From NCBI GenBank assembly GCA_030295235.1, contig AP026124.1, positions 1,860,001 to 1,924,000 on the forward strand: DNA of 64,000 nt. Direction: 5' to 3'. This stretch comes from Fistulifera solaris. Taxonomy: Eukaryota. Positions 49,249 through 60,696 of this stretch are shown here, one piece after another; position 1 is the first letter of the stretch, and each line of letters begins with the position of its first letter. The translations under genes and the position numbers were made by a program. Below the pieces are notes generated by a model that saw only the letters and a list, made by a program, of their open reading frames with translations, was not told the DNA's origin and did no database searches.

Positions 49249-52200
49249 CTATAAACTCACGCGAAAGGGACGAGAAAACACCGAATCGTCCTCATCCTCG
49301 TCGTCGCTGCCCCTGTCACGATCTTCTGAATTGCTCCGTTCATCTTCGATAAAAAGTATTTCGGATTCTTCTTCTTCATCATCGTCATTCAAATAGAACC
49401 CACCGGCAGGTACCGAATATTCGTATACAGACGATATTGCAGATTTTGTGCCTGGAAACTGTTGCCCTGATGATCTAGATTTTTTCGAGGAACCTTTCGA
49501 CGACACTGAATACGACTGAAGCGACGCAGACATGCCATCAACTTGACTCGCTATCATCCTAGAGATCTCGTCTCTGCGCTTGGCTCGAATGTAATAAACA
49601 CCCAACATGGACAGTGCCGTGATTATGGATACGACCAGCATAGCCACGACGAGACTATTGTTCGATGTTTCCTTCATCGATTTGTCATGGACCAGCATAT
49701 CTCCTCCCGCTATTCTACCAGTTGGCAAACTTCCTGTATCAAGATCCTCTTCTAGTGTTGTGGAGACTGTCGACGAAAAATATTGTCTTCACCGAGCGCC
49801 TGCAACAATATGACGGCATCATCGTTCGCAGGAGGATTCATCGCAGTGAAGAAAATGGAAAACAAAGCCTCCAACGGAACGAGCTCTTTTCCTTCTCCAA
49901 GTTGGATGTCAAGGTCAAGAACGGCTCTAGCTTCTCCATTTGATGCATCAGAAAATGTCGCTACTGTACCACAATCCAGAGATATAAACTCTACTTCCAG
50001 ATTCTGTGCAAAAATGTCCCTGAAAAATGTTCGAAGGTGCTCACAAGTTTCTATGATCGCTTCCGCCCACTCTTCTTGAGCTATTGTATCATCTGGTGCT
50101 TCATCGAAAAAGTATACAACTGTTCCTCTTACGATTCCTGGACCAACAGGAGGGAGAAGGGTATCATCATCAGTTTGCGACTCATCGGTTGGTGATTCCA
50201 CAGTTGTTGGCTGTCCTGTTGGCGAAGGCGGCGAAGCGACCGGCAAGGAAGAGACAAGTGCTGGTGATGGCGCTGCAGATTGTGGTGCCGGTTCATTCGA
50301 TCCAGTTTCTCCTAATGGAGTCGGCGCTGGTGATGATGATTCACTGCCTGGTTCCGCTGTGGCTGGCGAGTCTGCTGGAGCTGGTGTAACTGGCTCAGCA
50401 CCAGGTTCCGCAGTGACTGGTGAGTCTGCTGGAGCTGGTGTAGCTGGCTCAGCACCAGGTTCCGCTGTGGCTGGTGAGTCTGCTGGAGCTGGTGTAGCTG
50501 GCTCAGCGCCAGGTTCCGCTGTGGCTGGTGAATCAGCTGGAGCTGGTGAAGCTGGTTCACCACCGTCTACTGGAGCTGGTGAAGCCGTTTCAGAGCCAGG
50601 CTCCTCTGATAAGGGTGAGTCTACGGGAGCCCTCGAACTTGGTAGTATATCTACTGACGGAATCGTTGGAAACGGTTGTGCAGACGCAGACGCAATCGAA
50701 GGCGTTGCTGTGATGGTCGGTCTCACAGTCCCTTCTGGTGCTGGGGCATTACTTCCGGCCGATATACTTGAAGGTGGAGACGTGACGGTCGGTACCAAAG
50801 TCCTTGTTGAAGCAGGCCCAGCACTTCCTTCAGACGCACTCGAAGGCGATGCCGTGACGGTCGGAGCTGAGGTTCTTGTTGCAGCAGGAAAAGTACTACC
50901 TTCTGACGCACCCGAAGGAGATGCTGTGACCGTCGGTTCTGGATTGCCTGTCGGTACCGGGGCAGAACTTTGCCCCGAAGGACCAGCAGGCGACGCCGTC
51001 AGAGTCGGTGCCAATGTATTCGTCGAAGCAGGGGGATCACTGCCCTCCGACGCACCCGAAGGTGACGACGTGATAGTCGGTTCTAGATTTCCTGTTGGCA
51101 CCGGGGCAGCACTTTCCCCCGAAGGACCAGCAGGCGACGCCGTAAGAGTCGGTGCCAGGGTCGTCGCTGAAGCAGGAAAGTTAGTTCCTCCCGACGCCAC
51201 CGTAGGTGATGACGTGACAGTCGGCTCTAAATTGCCTGTGGGTACCGGAGCAGAACTTCCTCCCGGAGCACCCGCCGGTGACGCCGTCAGAGTAGGTGCC
51301 AAGGTGGTCGTTGAAGCAGGCGAACTAGTTCCTCCCGACAGATTAGACGGTGATGTTGTGACAGTGGGCTCTAAATTTTCTGTTGGTGCAGGTGCAATAG
51401 GTCCCTCCGATCCACCGGCCGGTGATACGGTCGGAGTTGGTGCCGAAGTCCTCGTCGAAGCTGGACCGACACTCCCTCCCGATACAATCGAAGGCGATGA
51501 AGTAATAGTCGGCACTAATGTGTCTGTAGAAGCCGGGGCAGTGGTTCCTCCCGATGAGCTCATTGACGTCGGCGCAGCACTAGTCGTAGGCGAGGGAGTT
51601 ATTGTTGGCAAAATGGTTTCATCCAGAGCAGTGGGAGACGAAGTTGAATCACGCGAAAGTGTGGGCGCAGTAGTCTGTGAACCAACAGGCGAAATAACTG
51701 GCTGTGAAGGTACAGGTGCAGAGACTGGAGACGGCGCATTTGGTGTAACCACGGGTTGCGAAGGCACTGGAGCAGTAACCGGTGAAGTCGGCGCGACGGA
51801 CATAGGTGGCATAGTAATTTTATCCTTGCTACTTTTCGATCCTTTGCCACTTTTTTTTGATTTCTTATAAGAACCCTTTCCTTTCCCCTTCTTTGCTTTT
51901 GATTCTCCTTCCCCTGTCGACGATCCTTTCCCTTTTCCCGATCCTTTCCCTGTCGATTTTTCTGTTCCTTTCCCCGATCCTTTCCCTTTCACTGATCCAT
52001 TTTCTTCTGATGTGATGAAATGATCATTTATGTAAACAATATTCTTGAATGTCGACATGAATTAGAAATGCAGATTTCCCCTTACCTTCTTCTCCGATGA
52101 CCCAAGTATTCGGGACCTTAAACGGTGATAGTGCATCTCGTTGTGCAGTCTCCTCAGTTAAAGTAAATTCGGATCCTTTTCCGGATGGATTGTTGATGGA

Positions 52201-52353
52201 CATGATACTAATGGGTTCGGCCGACAGTACATGCCTTCCGTCGTATCGTCCCAAATGTCGACGTCGTGTGACGACTCCATCCGCACCGCCAAACAACAGG
52301 GACGTGAGACCGAGCACTAATACTCCTTCTCGCCGAAACATATTTCGCTTCAT
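49249..52353 (-). CDS. Secreted/membrane mucin-like protein with KG-rich block, PT repeats and a C-terminal TM helix
   Basis: Signal VLVLGLTSLLFGGADG; intron ~52085-52010; KGKGSGKG block; 24/48-aa and 18-aa repeats; TM LVVAMLVVSIITALSMLGVYYI after a frameshift ~49770. Confidence 0.75.
50347..51480 (-). repeat. Coding tandem repeats: 54-bp unit (~3.7 copies, 50347-50556) and 144-bp unit (2 x 72 bp)
   Basis: PAPADSPATAEPGAEPAT x~4; gaaggaccagcaggcgacgccgt recurs at 50977 and 51121 (144 bp apart). Confidence 0.85.
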
Positions 52354-52746
52354 GTCAATTGTTAGGAACAGTTCTTTTGCTGATTGCATCAAATGATTTA
52401 TTCGGAAATTGGGGTTTGTTGGGAAAAAGTGAACCGTTGAATGCACAATTTCTGAGCGCACCTCGAGAGGAGAAAAAAAGTTATTTGACGTTAAAATTCA
52501 CTTTTCGTATCATAGTAAAAGAAAGCTTTCCTATTGGGAATGCCGCAACGGTAATCAGCCTTTGTCTGTCTGCGGCCCGTTATTTACGCGACGGATTCCG
52601 CATCACGCATCAAGCATCAACGAACGAAAAACGATGCATGGCCAATAACAATAACAATACCAAATACGAATTGATAGGTATTGGGTATTAGGTATTAGAC
52701 TACAAAAACCGCCCTTCACTTCACTGGTGTCACTGCTTTGCAAAGA

Positions 52747-54558
52747 ATGATATTTTCAAGGCCCAGAAGGCGTAGCATTCTTCGTCTACTTATCGGAATT
52801 GTCGTTGTCGATGTAACGATAAGTCGCCTGATCGACCTGAGCTTTCGACACAACATTGGGGCTGACATTTTGCTCCGGGCTATTCCCAGTGATGATAATG
52901 TAACCGTTGATGTGAGCAGTTCAATTCTCAGCGATGAAGGCATGCTGAAAATAGTGGAAAAAATACTTTTGTCATCATCCAACACAGCTAACAAATCACT
53001 GATCGCCCAATCCAATCAACTATCTACAAAAGGAGCCACACAAATACTTCAATGTCTTTTACAGACACAAAATAAAACGAATCTCCGTTGTTTGGATTTG
53101 AGCTGGAATCCTTTGGATTCTGAGGAGAGCGGTGCGCATACCCGTGAGAAACTGTACGATACGTTCGAACAGTTGCTGGGCAATGCCACCACATGTCCCG
53201 CCTCCTTGCGCTTGGATCGATGCGGACTCGGTCCGGCCGCGATGCGTGCCATGGGAATCGGTATCATTCATCGTTATACGCATAATGATCAACAGGGTCA
53301 CAAAAGTCCATTAACACTGTCACTCTGCGGAAATCCGGTCGGTGACGCTGGTGCTGCCGCGTTGGCGGCGGCGGTTCGATTTGTGGCAACATCCGAAGAT
53401 GCTGTGGATCAGTTAGAATGTCCTCTTTTCGATGTATTGGATTTGTCAGCCTGTGGTATTGGAGACGCCGGAGCTGAGGCGATCGCTTTAGCGCTCGAGA
53501 GTGCGAATTGTTGCATGATCCAGCACTTGGATCTGAGCAATAATGAAATCACCGAGCACGGAGTGGATGCAATTTGTCGGGGACTGGCGGCTGCGGGAAA
53601 GAGGAGAGATGGCTCAAACCCGCTCTTACAATCACTGGATGTAAGTAACAATAAACTGGGCGACGCTGGGGCCAAAGCCATCAGCGAGTGTATCGTCGGG
53701 AGCGACATTGTCCCATCCCTTATCCTTCGAAGCTGTAACATCCAAGCGGATGGTGCGTCCGCTCTCGGGACAGCCCTTCGCGCCTTTGCGTTATCGGCTT
53801 CATCGTCGGAACTTTCGCTGGACCTCAGTGGGAACCCCTTTGGAATACTTCGTGGAAAGACAAAGCAAGGAGGAGGAAAATACTCAGTCGGCCATTTGAA
53901 GAGCAAAGCTAGTGCTACTGCCGCATCTTATATGAATCAAGGCTTTAGTTTTATCAAAAAAGGTCTGAAGGATGTCGGAGTTGAAATCATTCCATCGTCT
54001 GGGGAAAGCGACGATGAAGAAGAAGAGCTGGGTCGTGCTGAATCGACTTTGCTCGATGGTGATATCGACCCGTCACGTGCAAAGTGCGGAGGCAAAGCGC
54101 TTTCTACTGCTTTTACAAGCTCTGCTTCTAGCGATAAGAAGACCAATGACGTTGTGAGCAGGTCGTCAACTGGTCGATCAATCCGATTAGGACTGCGGCA
54201 TTGCTTTTTTGATCATGCGGCAGCCGATGCATTAGCTGATATGTTATTGACAGGGAAAGATGAATTAGGAGTTACTTTTGAGCTTGATATTGACATGAAT
54301 GACGTTCTCGAAGAGCAGATGGTGTCAGCTTTGCATGGAGACGATGAAGATTACCTTCGCGAAATGGCGGAATCCCACGCAGATAAGATGTCTTATATCA
54401 AAGACGCACAGAAGCGCGCTCGGGCTGCTACACGAAACGATTTGGACTCTGGATTTGACTCATGGGCCAATTCAGCGGTGTACGGCGAAGTCGACGAAGA
54501 ACCGGATGACCAAGAATGGGATTCGGATGCAGACTATGAAAACGAAGACGAGATATAG
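52747..54558 (+). CDS. RNI-like leucine-rich repeat protein
   Basis: Repeated LxxLDLSxNxIGDxGAxAL motifs. Confidence 0.88.
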   Translation: MIFSRPRRRSILRLLIGIVVVDVTISRLIDLSFRHNIGADILLRAIPSDDNVTVDVSSSILSDEGMLKIVEKILLSSSNTANKSLIAQSNQLSTKGATQILQCLLQTQNKTNLRCLDLSWNPLDSEESGAHTREKLYDTFEQLLGNATTCPASLRLDRCGLGPAAMRAMGIGIIHRYTHNDQQGHKSPLTLSLCGNPVGDAGAAALAAAVRFVATSEDAVDQLECPLFDVLDLSACGIGDAGAEAIALALESANCCMIQHLDLSNNEITEHGVDAICRGLAAAGKRRDGSNPLLQSLDVSNNKLGDAGAKAISECIVGSDIVPSLILRSCNIQADGASALGTALRAFALSASSSELSLDLSGNPFGILRGKTKQGGGKYSVGHLKSKASATAASYMNQGFSFIKKGLKDVGVEIIPSSGESDDEEEELGRAESTLLDGDIDPSRAKCGGKALSTAFTSSASSDKKTNDVVSRSSTGRSIRLGLRHCFFDHAAADALADMLLTGKDELGVTFELDIDMNDVLEEQMVSALHGDDEDYLREMAESHADKMSYIKDAQKRARAATRNDLDSGFDSWANSAVYGEVDEEPDDQEWDSDADYENEDEI

Positions 54559-54664
54559 ATCATAGGAGCCCTTAGCTTAACATCACCCCTTGATGCGTTT
54601 TATTAGAGAATCTTTACCATACAATGTCCTGCAGCTTTATGATTCTTCGACAAACCACATGAAA

Positions 54665-56200
54665 TTATTCCTGTGACTCCAAAAATTCACAATACATCAA
54701 CGCCAAATGGCCCCAGTGACGCGGATCGGTTAGCGTGGCAGGAACAGGCAGACGAAAGACGGGGAACAAAGAGTGGTTTGCGGGCCATTGTTCTGAAGTT
54801 TGATCCTTGGTTTTGTACGGGAAAACTCTATCCGAGTCAAGGTTTAAAACCTTGCATGGATCACGTGCCGGCCCTTGGCTAAAGTATTCGTCAAGATCTA
54901 ACCCACAATAAGAGGTCACAACAACGATCGTATTCGCATAGTTTTCTACCAATGCCTTCTCTCGCCCGAAAGAGCCACAGAAAGTTTTAGTGTATGACAT
55001 GAGCAAGAAGGAGCTGCAAAGCATTTTCCAGTCATAGGGTATCAAGTCTTCCCAATTCGGCGGCGACATGTCAGAAAAATCCACCCCAGCACCCATATCT
55101 TCGCTCCTTGGCGCATGCTCGAAAATGTAAAGCAAAGGGTAGCGCACTAGCTTGCGCATGCGTGCGAGAGCTTTTTCCTGATCCTCTTGTAAATCTGCCT
55201 TTCGAGCCACGGCACAGAAGACTTTTAGCTCGTTCATGGCTTCCGCTAGGACGCTCACAGAAGTTGGACATTTAAATTCAGCGAGCGTTTGTTGCTCAAA
55301 TTTCTCGTAATTGGACCAAAAGATATCACAAAATCTAGCCGACGCCATCCCCAGAATCTCCGCCTTTTCATAGATGGACGTGAACTGGTTCGCCAAGCCT
55401 CGTTGGGGCGATAGATGCTTGAGCGCCACGGAGAGTTGATCCTTGATGGTCGCCATCTGATCCTGTTCGTTCCCAATGGCGTACCTCAAAGCACCTAGAA
55501 ACTTGTCAAAGTTGGTAGCCTCGAGCCGCTCTTTGTATTGCGCATCCTCACTGACTACACGGTGCACCGCTTCGTAGCGCTCATCCTGATTGAGCGTCTT
55601 CCACTTGAACTTGCCCACTTCTTCGCGCCCAATCATTTCGATAAGATCCTTATCAAACTTCTTGAACTGATCGAGGTTCATGAGAGAAGCGGTTCGGTAA
55701 AAGTACGCATGCATAGCCGAAGTCAGAATCAACACGGGAGGAAACTTCCCGCTGCTGCGGCTTCGCTTGGTAGGAGACGGTTGCAGCATTTCTTCCAGTT
55801 CTCTCGCGTTGTTTCGGAGGAAGAACAAGCGCTCCAACTCTTTTGCGTGATTCTTCAACCAACACTGACTGTTCACCATCGTCCGGATCGTCTACTTTAT
55901 TGAGAAGAATGATGAGAGGAATTTCCCTACGTTTCTCCTGATTCTGCTTGACAAACTGCAACATCTTGATTTGTTCTTCCGTGTTGACACCTTGTTTTCC
56001 ATCGATCACCAATACCACGACGTCAAAGGTATGCCACTTTTGTGCGACAAAGTTTCGGTATTTACTACCCGCACCAGCCTCATTGATTCCCGGAATATCT
56101 ACCACCACGAGATTGGCATCGTCTCGCATTTTACACAAGGGTTCACCGAGTTCAATCTCAAAGTACCCTTCGAGCTCAAGGAGTTGATGTACCGCACCGG
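54665..56200 (-). pseudogene. 5'-truncated dynamin-like/P-loop GTPase gene
   Basis: G3 VVVDIPG and G4 LLNKVD present, but no G1 P-loop upstream before an in-frame TAA near 56215; frameshift ~55880. Confidence 0.55.
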
Positions 56201-57715
56201 CGAGAGCACACCTTTAAGAGATGCTTTGTAGCAGCTGCCACTGTCTCCTTGTGATTCGTAATGCCACCATCCAGCAATTAGTGGCCGACAAAATTACCCA
56301 ATTCTTTGGAACGGCCCCCGTCTTGCTAGAAAAGTTTCTCAGGGAACTGTTCGATACAGATACGGTAAGGCATACAATTCGAAGAAGTCTTGCAAAAATT
56401 CTATAATTTTCCCATTCCTGCTGAGATTAAGGTATTTTTAATTGGCATCGTTCCATTTATCGAGCAACAGGCCACAGCCCGCGCTTGAATTGATCCAAAA
56501 GGCATGGAATTCGTCCTGAGCAAGCTATCTTAACTCGTTTTTCCATCTCATTCAGAGTCATTCCGTATATCACTTTTCACTTTCCATTGATAATATCCAA
56601 GATCGCCGCGCATAGAACATTCATGCATAAGAAATGAAGGCAAAGAAGAATGCGATGAATGATACGAAGAATGAAGAAGTGAAGAGCACATGCGCCTGTT
56701 TCTTTGTACGAACTGGCATTTTTTCTGGAAAAAAAACTCAGCGCATGCATCGTAGCTCGTACCGGTACTCATATCTTTACTTTTTACAACCTTTCATTTT
56801 TTGGTTTTGCACCATCTCCACCATGGCCTGTAATCCTTGTATTTATCTGTTCTATCTTCTTTCAAACACGCGACCGCATATTAACTTTGCGCTATTGTGG
56901 AAGTGATTGATCGAAATGTGTGGCCTAAAGATTGATTTTCGCGAATAACATGAGAAAAATATCGTTAGCGGCGTGGCCGCGAGCCCAGGACGCTCGTCTT
57001 CGTAGCCATGAGAAACGTAGAGAAGCAAGTTAAAATAAGATTAAAGCATATTACAGTGGAACGATGTTGCCGACACCAAGTGCAGCGAAAATAAGGCGTT
57101 ACTTCCTTCACATAATATTGCCGACATCCATTTCGATTATTACGGCCTATTTGTTATCCCGATGATTGATGCCTTGTCTCGCTCCACTTTTTCTTCCAAA
57201 GACAAAATTTTGCGATATGGCTGGGGGATTGTGATAGTAGATTGCGCATCGTATTATGGAATACCCATCCAGATAGGTCGTCCCACTTGCAGAGTAATGG
57301 ACGTGGCATGAACGACACATGCGTGTCCAAAAGAGCGACAATACTTTTAAACAGTCTAATAAATCATTTTGAATATTATCTGATTTAGAAATTAAAGATA
57401 TACTATTTACCAGCTTCAATTAAACAGAAGAATCCTGCAAAAAGACCAAAAGATACGGTAATAATTGTAAATCAACGCACTATGGGCTGGAAACAATTTG
57501 GGCAGCAATTTCCTCAATAGTTGCCCACAAGCGCCACGTGCGTTGAACGCTATCTTCCTATTCGCAAGTGTATCACTGTCCACTCCAATTCAATGCCTTG
57601 ATCGCATCCAAGGCCTCATTCATGGATTTTGAGCAAAAACAGAAGGGATGACGTCAACAACCCATTCATGCATTTGTATAAAAAATGACACCATAATCGA
57701 TAACAAGTTGCGCAG

Positions 57716-57786
57716 GCACCCTTGGTGTAGTGGTAACATAATTGCCTTCCAAGCAATTGCCCTGGGTTCGATTCCCGGAGGGTGCA
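57716..57786 (+). tRNA. tRNA-Gly(TCC)
   Basis: GCACCCT/GGGTGC acceptor stem, ATTGC-CTTCCAA-GCAAT anticodon arm, GGTTCGATTCC T-arm, TTTT terminator immediately after, TATAAAA ~35 nt upstream. Confidence 0.97.
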
Positions 57787-57875
57787 CTTTTGCCATATGA
57801 GGCGATTTGATGGTGGAATTAGAGCGCCATGGTGGAAATTTCTGGCCCCAGAATTTTGTACACAAAAACCGATAG

Positions 57876-58185
57876 TACTTTTCCGTCTGTCCTACTTCCG
57901 TACGGTTTTGTGAGCGGCGAGTGGTGGTGATAACTGCTGCTGTACGGACGAGGTCAGACGAAGGTCGTAACGCAACCCGCCCGGAGCGAGGCAGGGGTCA
58001 ATGTTTGCTTACTCCCGTCCGCCGTGCATCACACGCGATCCGCAACCGAGCTTTTACTTTCTGGCGTTGTAGTTTCATACCGATATTTTTCTTGTGGTTG
58101 CGTATGCGAATGCGAAGGATGCTGATGCGGATCGCAGAGAGGTAGAGTGTCGTCGTCGTGTCATTCTTCGACGCAGCTCCGTTGT
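57876..58185 (+). ncRNA. Putative structured non-coding RNA of unknown class
   Basis: Several nested stems found by eye (cgtctg/cagacg, tccgtacgg/ctgtacgga, gtaac-gcaa/ttgc-ttac, cgcaacc/ggttgcg, gcatc/gatgc, tacttttc/gagaggta); G-U pairs favour the + strand. Confidence 0.45.
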
Positions 58186-58952
58186 GCAATGAAAGTGTTC
58201 CCCTTTCTCTTGTCCAGATTCTCGCAGCAGGGCATCATTCTCGCTGCAAATTTGGCTCATATTTTAATGGCTATTTTTTGTTACTGTTCATGCTTTGAAT
58301 TCCATGCGAGGTCCAGGCAAAATGGTCATCGAAGGAAGTGATGATGATCCCATCGTCCAAATTTTTCTGTCGATGAAAAAGAAGGTCATTTGGATGCGAG
58401 CGACGAGCGACACACTTTTGATATCCATTCGTGGGATTTGGCTGTGGGAGTCCTACCAGTACCAGTACAAAGTACTCTTTGAAAACCAAATTACTTTTCT
58501 ACTATAATATTATTCCTAATTTCCTAATCGTCAGAATGTAATCTTGAGATTCGACTGAATTTTCCATTTTTCATTCACATATATTTCAGTCTGACACTTC
58601 TTTGAGTAAGCTTTGATTCTAACTCTCTAGCCTTAGTGCGCTAGTAGAGGGCCAGTCCCGAGTACTCTACCTGGACCGGTTGAAGTTGGTCTTCAAAAGG
58701 CAGCAGACGACCCAGACATCGTCTTGTTTCGTCTTTGGCCAAAGATCTCGGCCGTCCCGCGTCGTACGTTGTCACGAAAGTTCCCACTTGCTGACACGTG
58801 GAATAAAGGGAACCGAGAGAAAAACTAAAAAGAACAAATAAAATAAATGATAAGGAGTAGGAGTAATCTTTTAGCCAATTGCACTACTGTACAACGCAAC
58901 CACAGCAATCTCGTCATCCCTATTCATCTCCTATGATATATAATAGAAACCA

Positions 58953-59939
58953 ATGAGTCTTCCTATTCCCAGCCTTGGATCTGGCACAACCAGCATCGAC
59001 CCGAAAGAACAAGAAGCCATCGACAATATCTTGATTGCGCTGGCCAGTCGCAGTAACGGCGATCTTCGCAAATTATTACATTCGTTTTTCAGCTTCCTTC
59101 ATCGTCGAACGGATTTTTATATTGTACCGCACGAAGACGATGTGCACAATAAGATGGGATTTCGAGAAGGTGATGCCGAGAAGGTCCTACTTGCCGCATT
59201 TCGTCAGTTTCCTCTCCGAAAGATGCCTCGACAAGCCGATATCGAGGCAGCCAAGAAAACACAATCACCAAAGAATACTACAACCAGCGAGACACCCCCG
59301 AAAGAATCTTCAGTTAAAGAATCGAAACCCAACCAGCCGCGGAAAACAGAGGACGACCACCAAATACGGTTGACGGAAAAAGGTCTCCAAATACCAGTGG
59401 GGAACGGTGGAACGACAAAGAAATACAAGTGGACTCAAACCATTGATGAATGTACGGTAATGATTCAAGTCCCCGTAGGTATTCGAGGGAAAGAGCTGGA
59501 TGTCAGCATTACTGCGTCGGCGATTGAAGTGAGACCGAAAAAGCCGTTGGAAGATGGGACGGATCTGTTTGTGAAAGGTCCATTAACAGAAAGTATTGAT
59601 CCTAACGAGTCGACCTGGAGTCTGGAAGGTGGTGTAGTGGTTCTAGTATTATACAAAAAGCAAAAGAAATTCTGGGACACAATTCTAGTGGGCGACAGTA
59701 AGATTGACACATCCATGGTAGACTCGAGACGGAACATCAGCGAATACGATGAAACGACGCAGGCACAGATTCGTAAGATGATTTTTGATCAAAATCAGGT
59801 GCAGAAAGGATTGCCCACGTCGGACGAAATCGCTGGGATAAAACCTCCCATTCCTCCGTTACCTCCTGGAGTGGAATATATCAATCAGGAGAAACTAGAT
59901 GAAGCGTTTAAGGGTGATGCACCGAATAAACGTGATTGA
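58953..59939 (+). CDS. NUDC: NudC-family (CS/p23 domain) co-chaperone
   Basis: LLHSFFSFLHRRTDFY, GNGG...YKWTQT, ESTWSL, TQAQIRKMIFDQNQ...GLPTSDE. Confidence 0.9.
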   Translation: MSLPIPSLGSGTTSIDPKEQEAIDNILIALASRSNGDLRKLLHSFFSFLHRRTDFYIVPHEDDVHNKMGFREGDAEKVLLAAFRQFPLRKMPRQADIEAAKKTQSPKNTTTSETPPKESSVKESKPNQPRKTEDDHQIRLTEKGLQIPVGNGGTTKKYKWTQTIDECTVMIQVPVGIRGKELDVSITASAIEVRPKKPLEDGTDLFVKGPLTESIDPNESTWSLEGGVVVLVLYKKQKKFWDTILVGDSKIDTSMVDSRRNISEYDETTQAQIRKMIFDQNQVQKGLPTSDEIAGIKPPIPPLPPGVEYINQEKLDEAFKGDAPNKRD

Positions 59940-60696
59940 TCAATAATTAGTCGACGAAGATCGTGGATTGTATGATTAGTTCATCTAGAGACATTTTCTG
60001 GTCAATACGTAGCTTTAGAGTTACGTTTTTGGGTCCGTGAATGAGCCGCTTCTATTTTGCAGAGTACGACCAAAGTGAAAAATGCGAGTTTATCGTTGCA
60101 GCGAAGTAAATTGGTGCAGTCATTTGATGCATTTGGGTATATTTAGATGCTCTTGATGGAGGGATGTTGTTTTAGTCAACAGAAAGTTGTGAAATTCATC
60201 ACTCTTTACTACATACGACTCCACTTATTTCAGCCCCGGGAACTTTCGTCGAACTTTCCTCCCTTGAACTCCTGCTCACTCGACGCTAATGCTTTCCGCT
60301 GACGAAAACATGGGTGCTACATTGTCATGATGGACTCGTGTTAACGCTGTTCATGAATCATCTTGGAGGTGTAAATAATGACGGCCATTGCAAGTCGTGA
60401 AACAATAATCAGCGTTTCACTACAAGTACCGGTACCTGGTATCATGTAAATATTGTACGCTGTAGATTACTTTTTCTGAGACTCGAGTGGTTTTAAGTCC
60501 CGAACGTTTAGTTTTTAATTGCAACGACCATGACGCGGAAGCCCGTTGCTTGTGCCTGTACATTCTCGTGCACTCCGTAATCGTAATGAAAAACAACGAC
60601 GCCATCATCCCGCACAGTTCACAAATTAACTATTTGAGTTTATTCTTAGAAGAGAAGGAGCAGCGCGCGGGCAACGTGTTTGATTCTTAGAGAACC

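Noticed and set aside
50359..51870. 503-aa Gly/Ala/Val-rich + strand ORF
   Set aside because: Antisense shadow of the Pro/Thr/Ser repeat gene
57960..58200. Assignment of the structured element to RNase P/MRP (GAAGGTC, GAAAGTGTTCCCC) or U19-like H/ACA (TTACTCCCG vs LSU helix 69)
   Set aside because: No proper CR-I/CR-V pairing or ACA box; a 9-nt rRNA match is expected by chance
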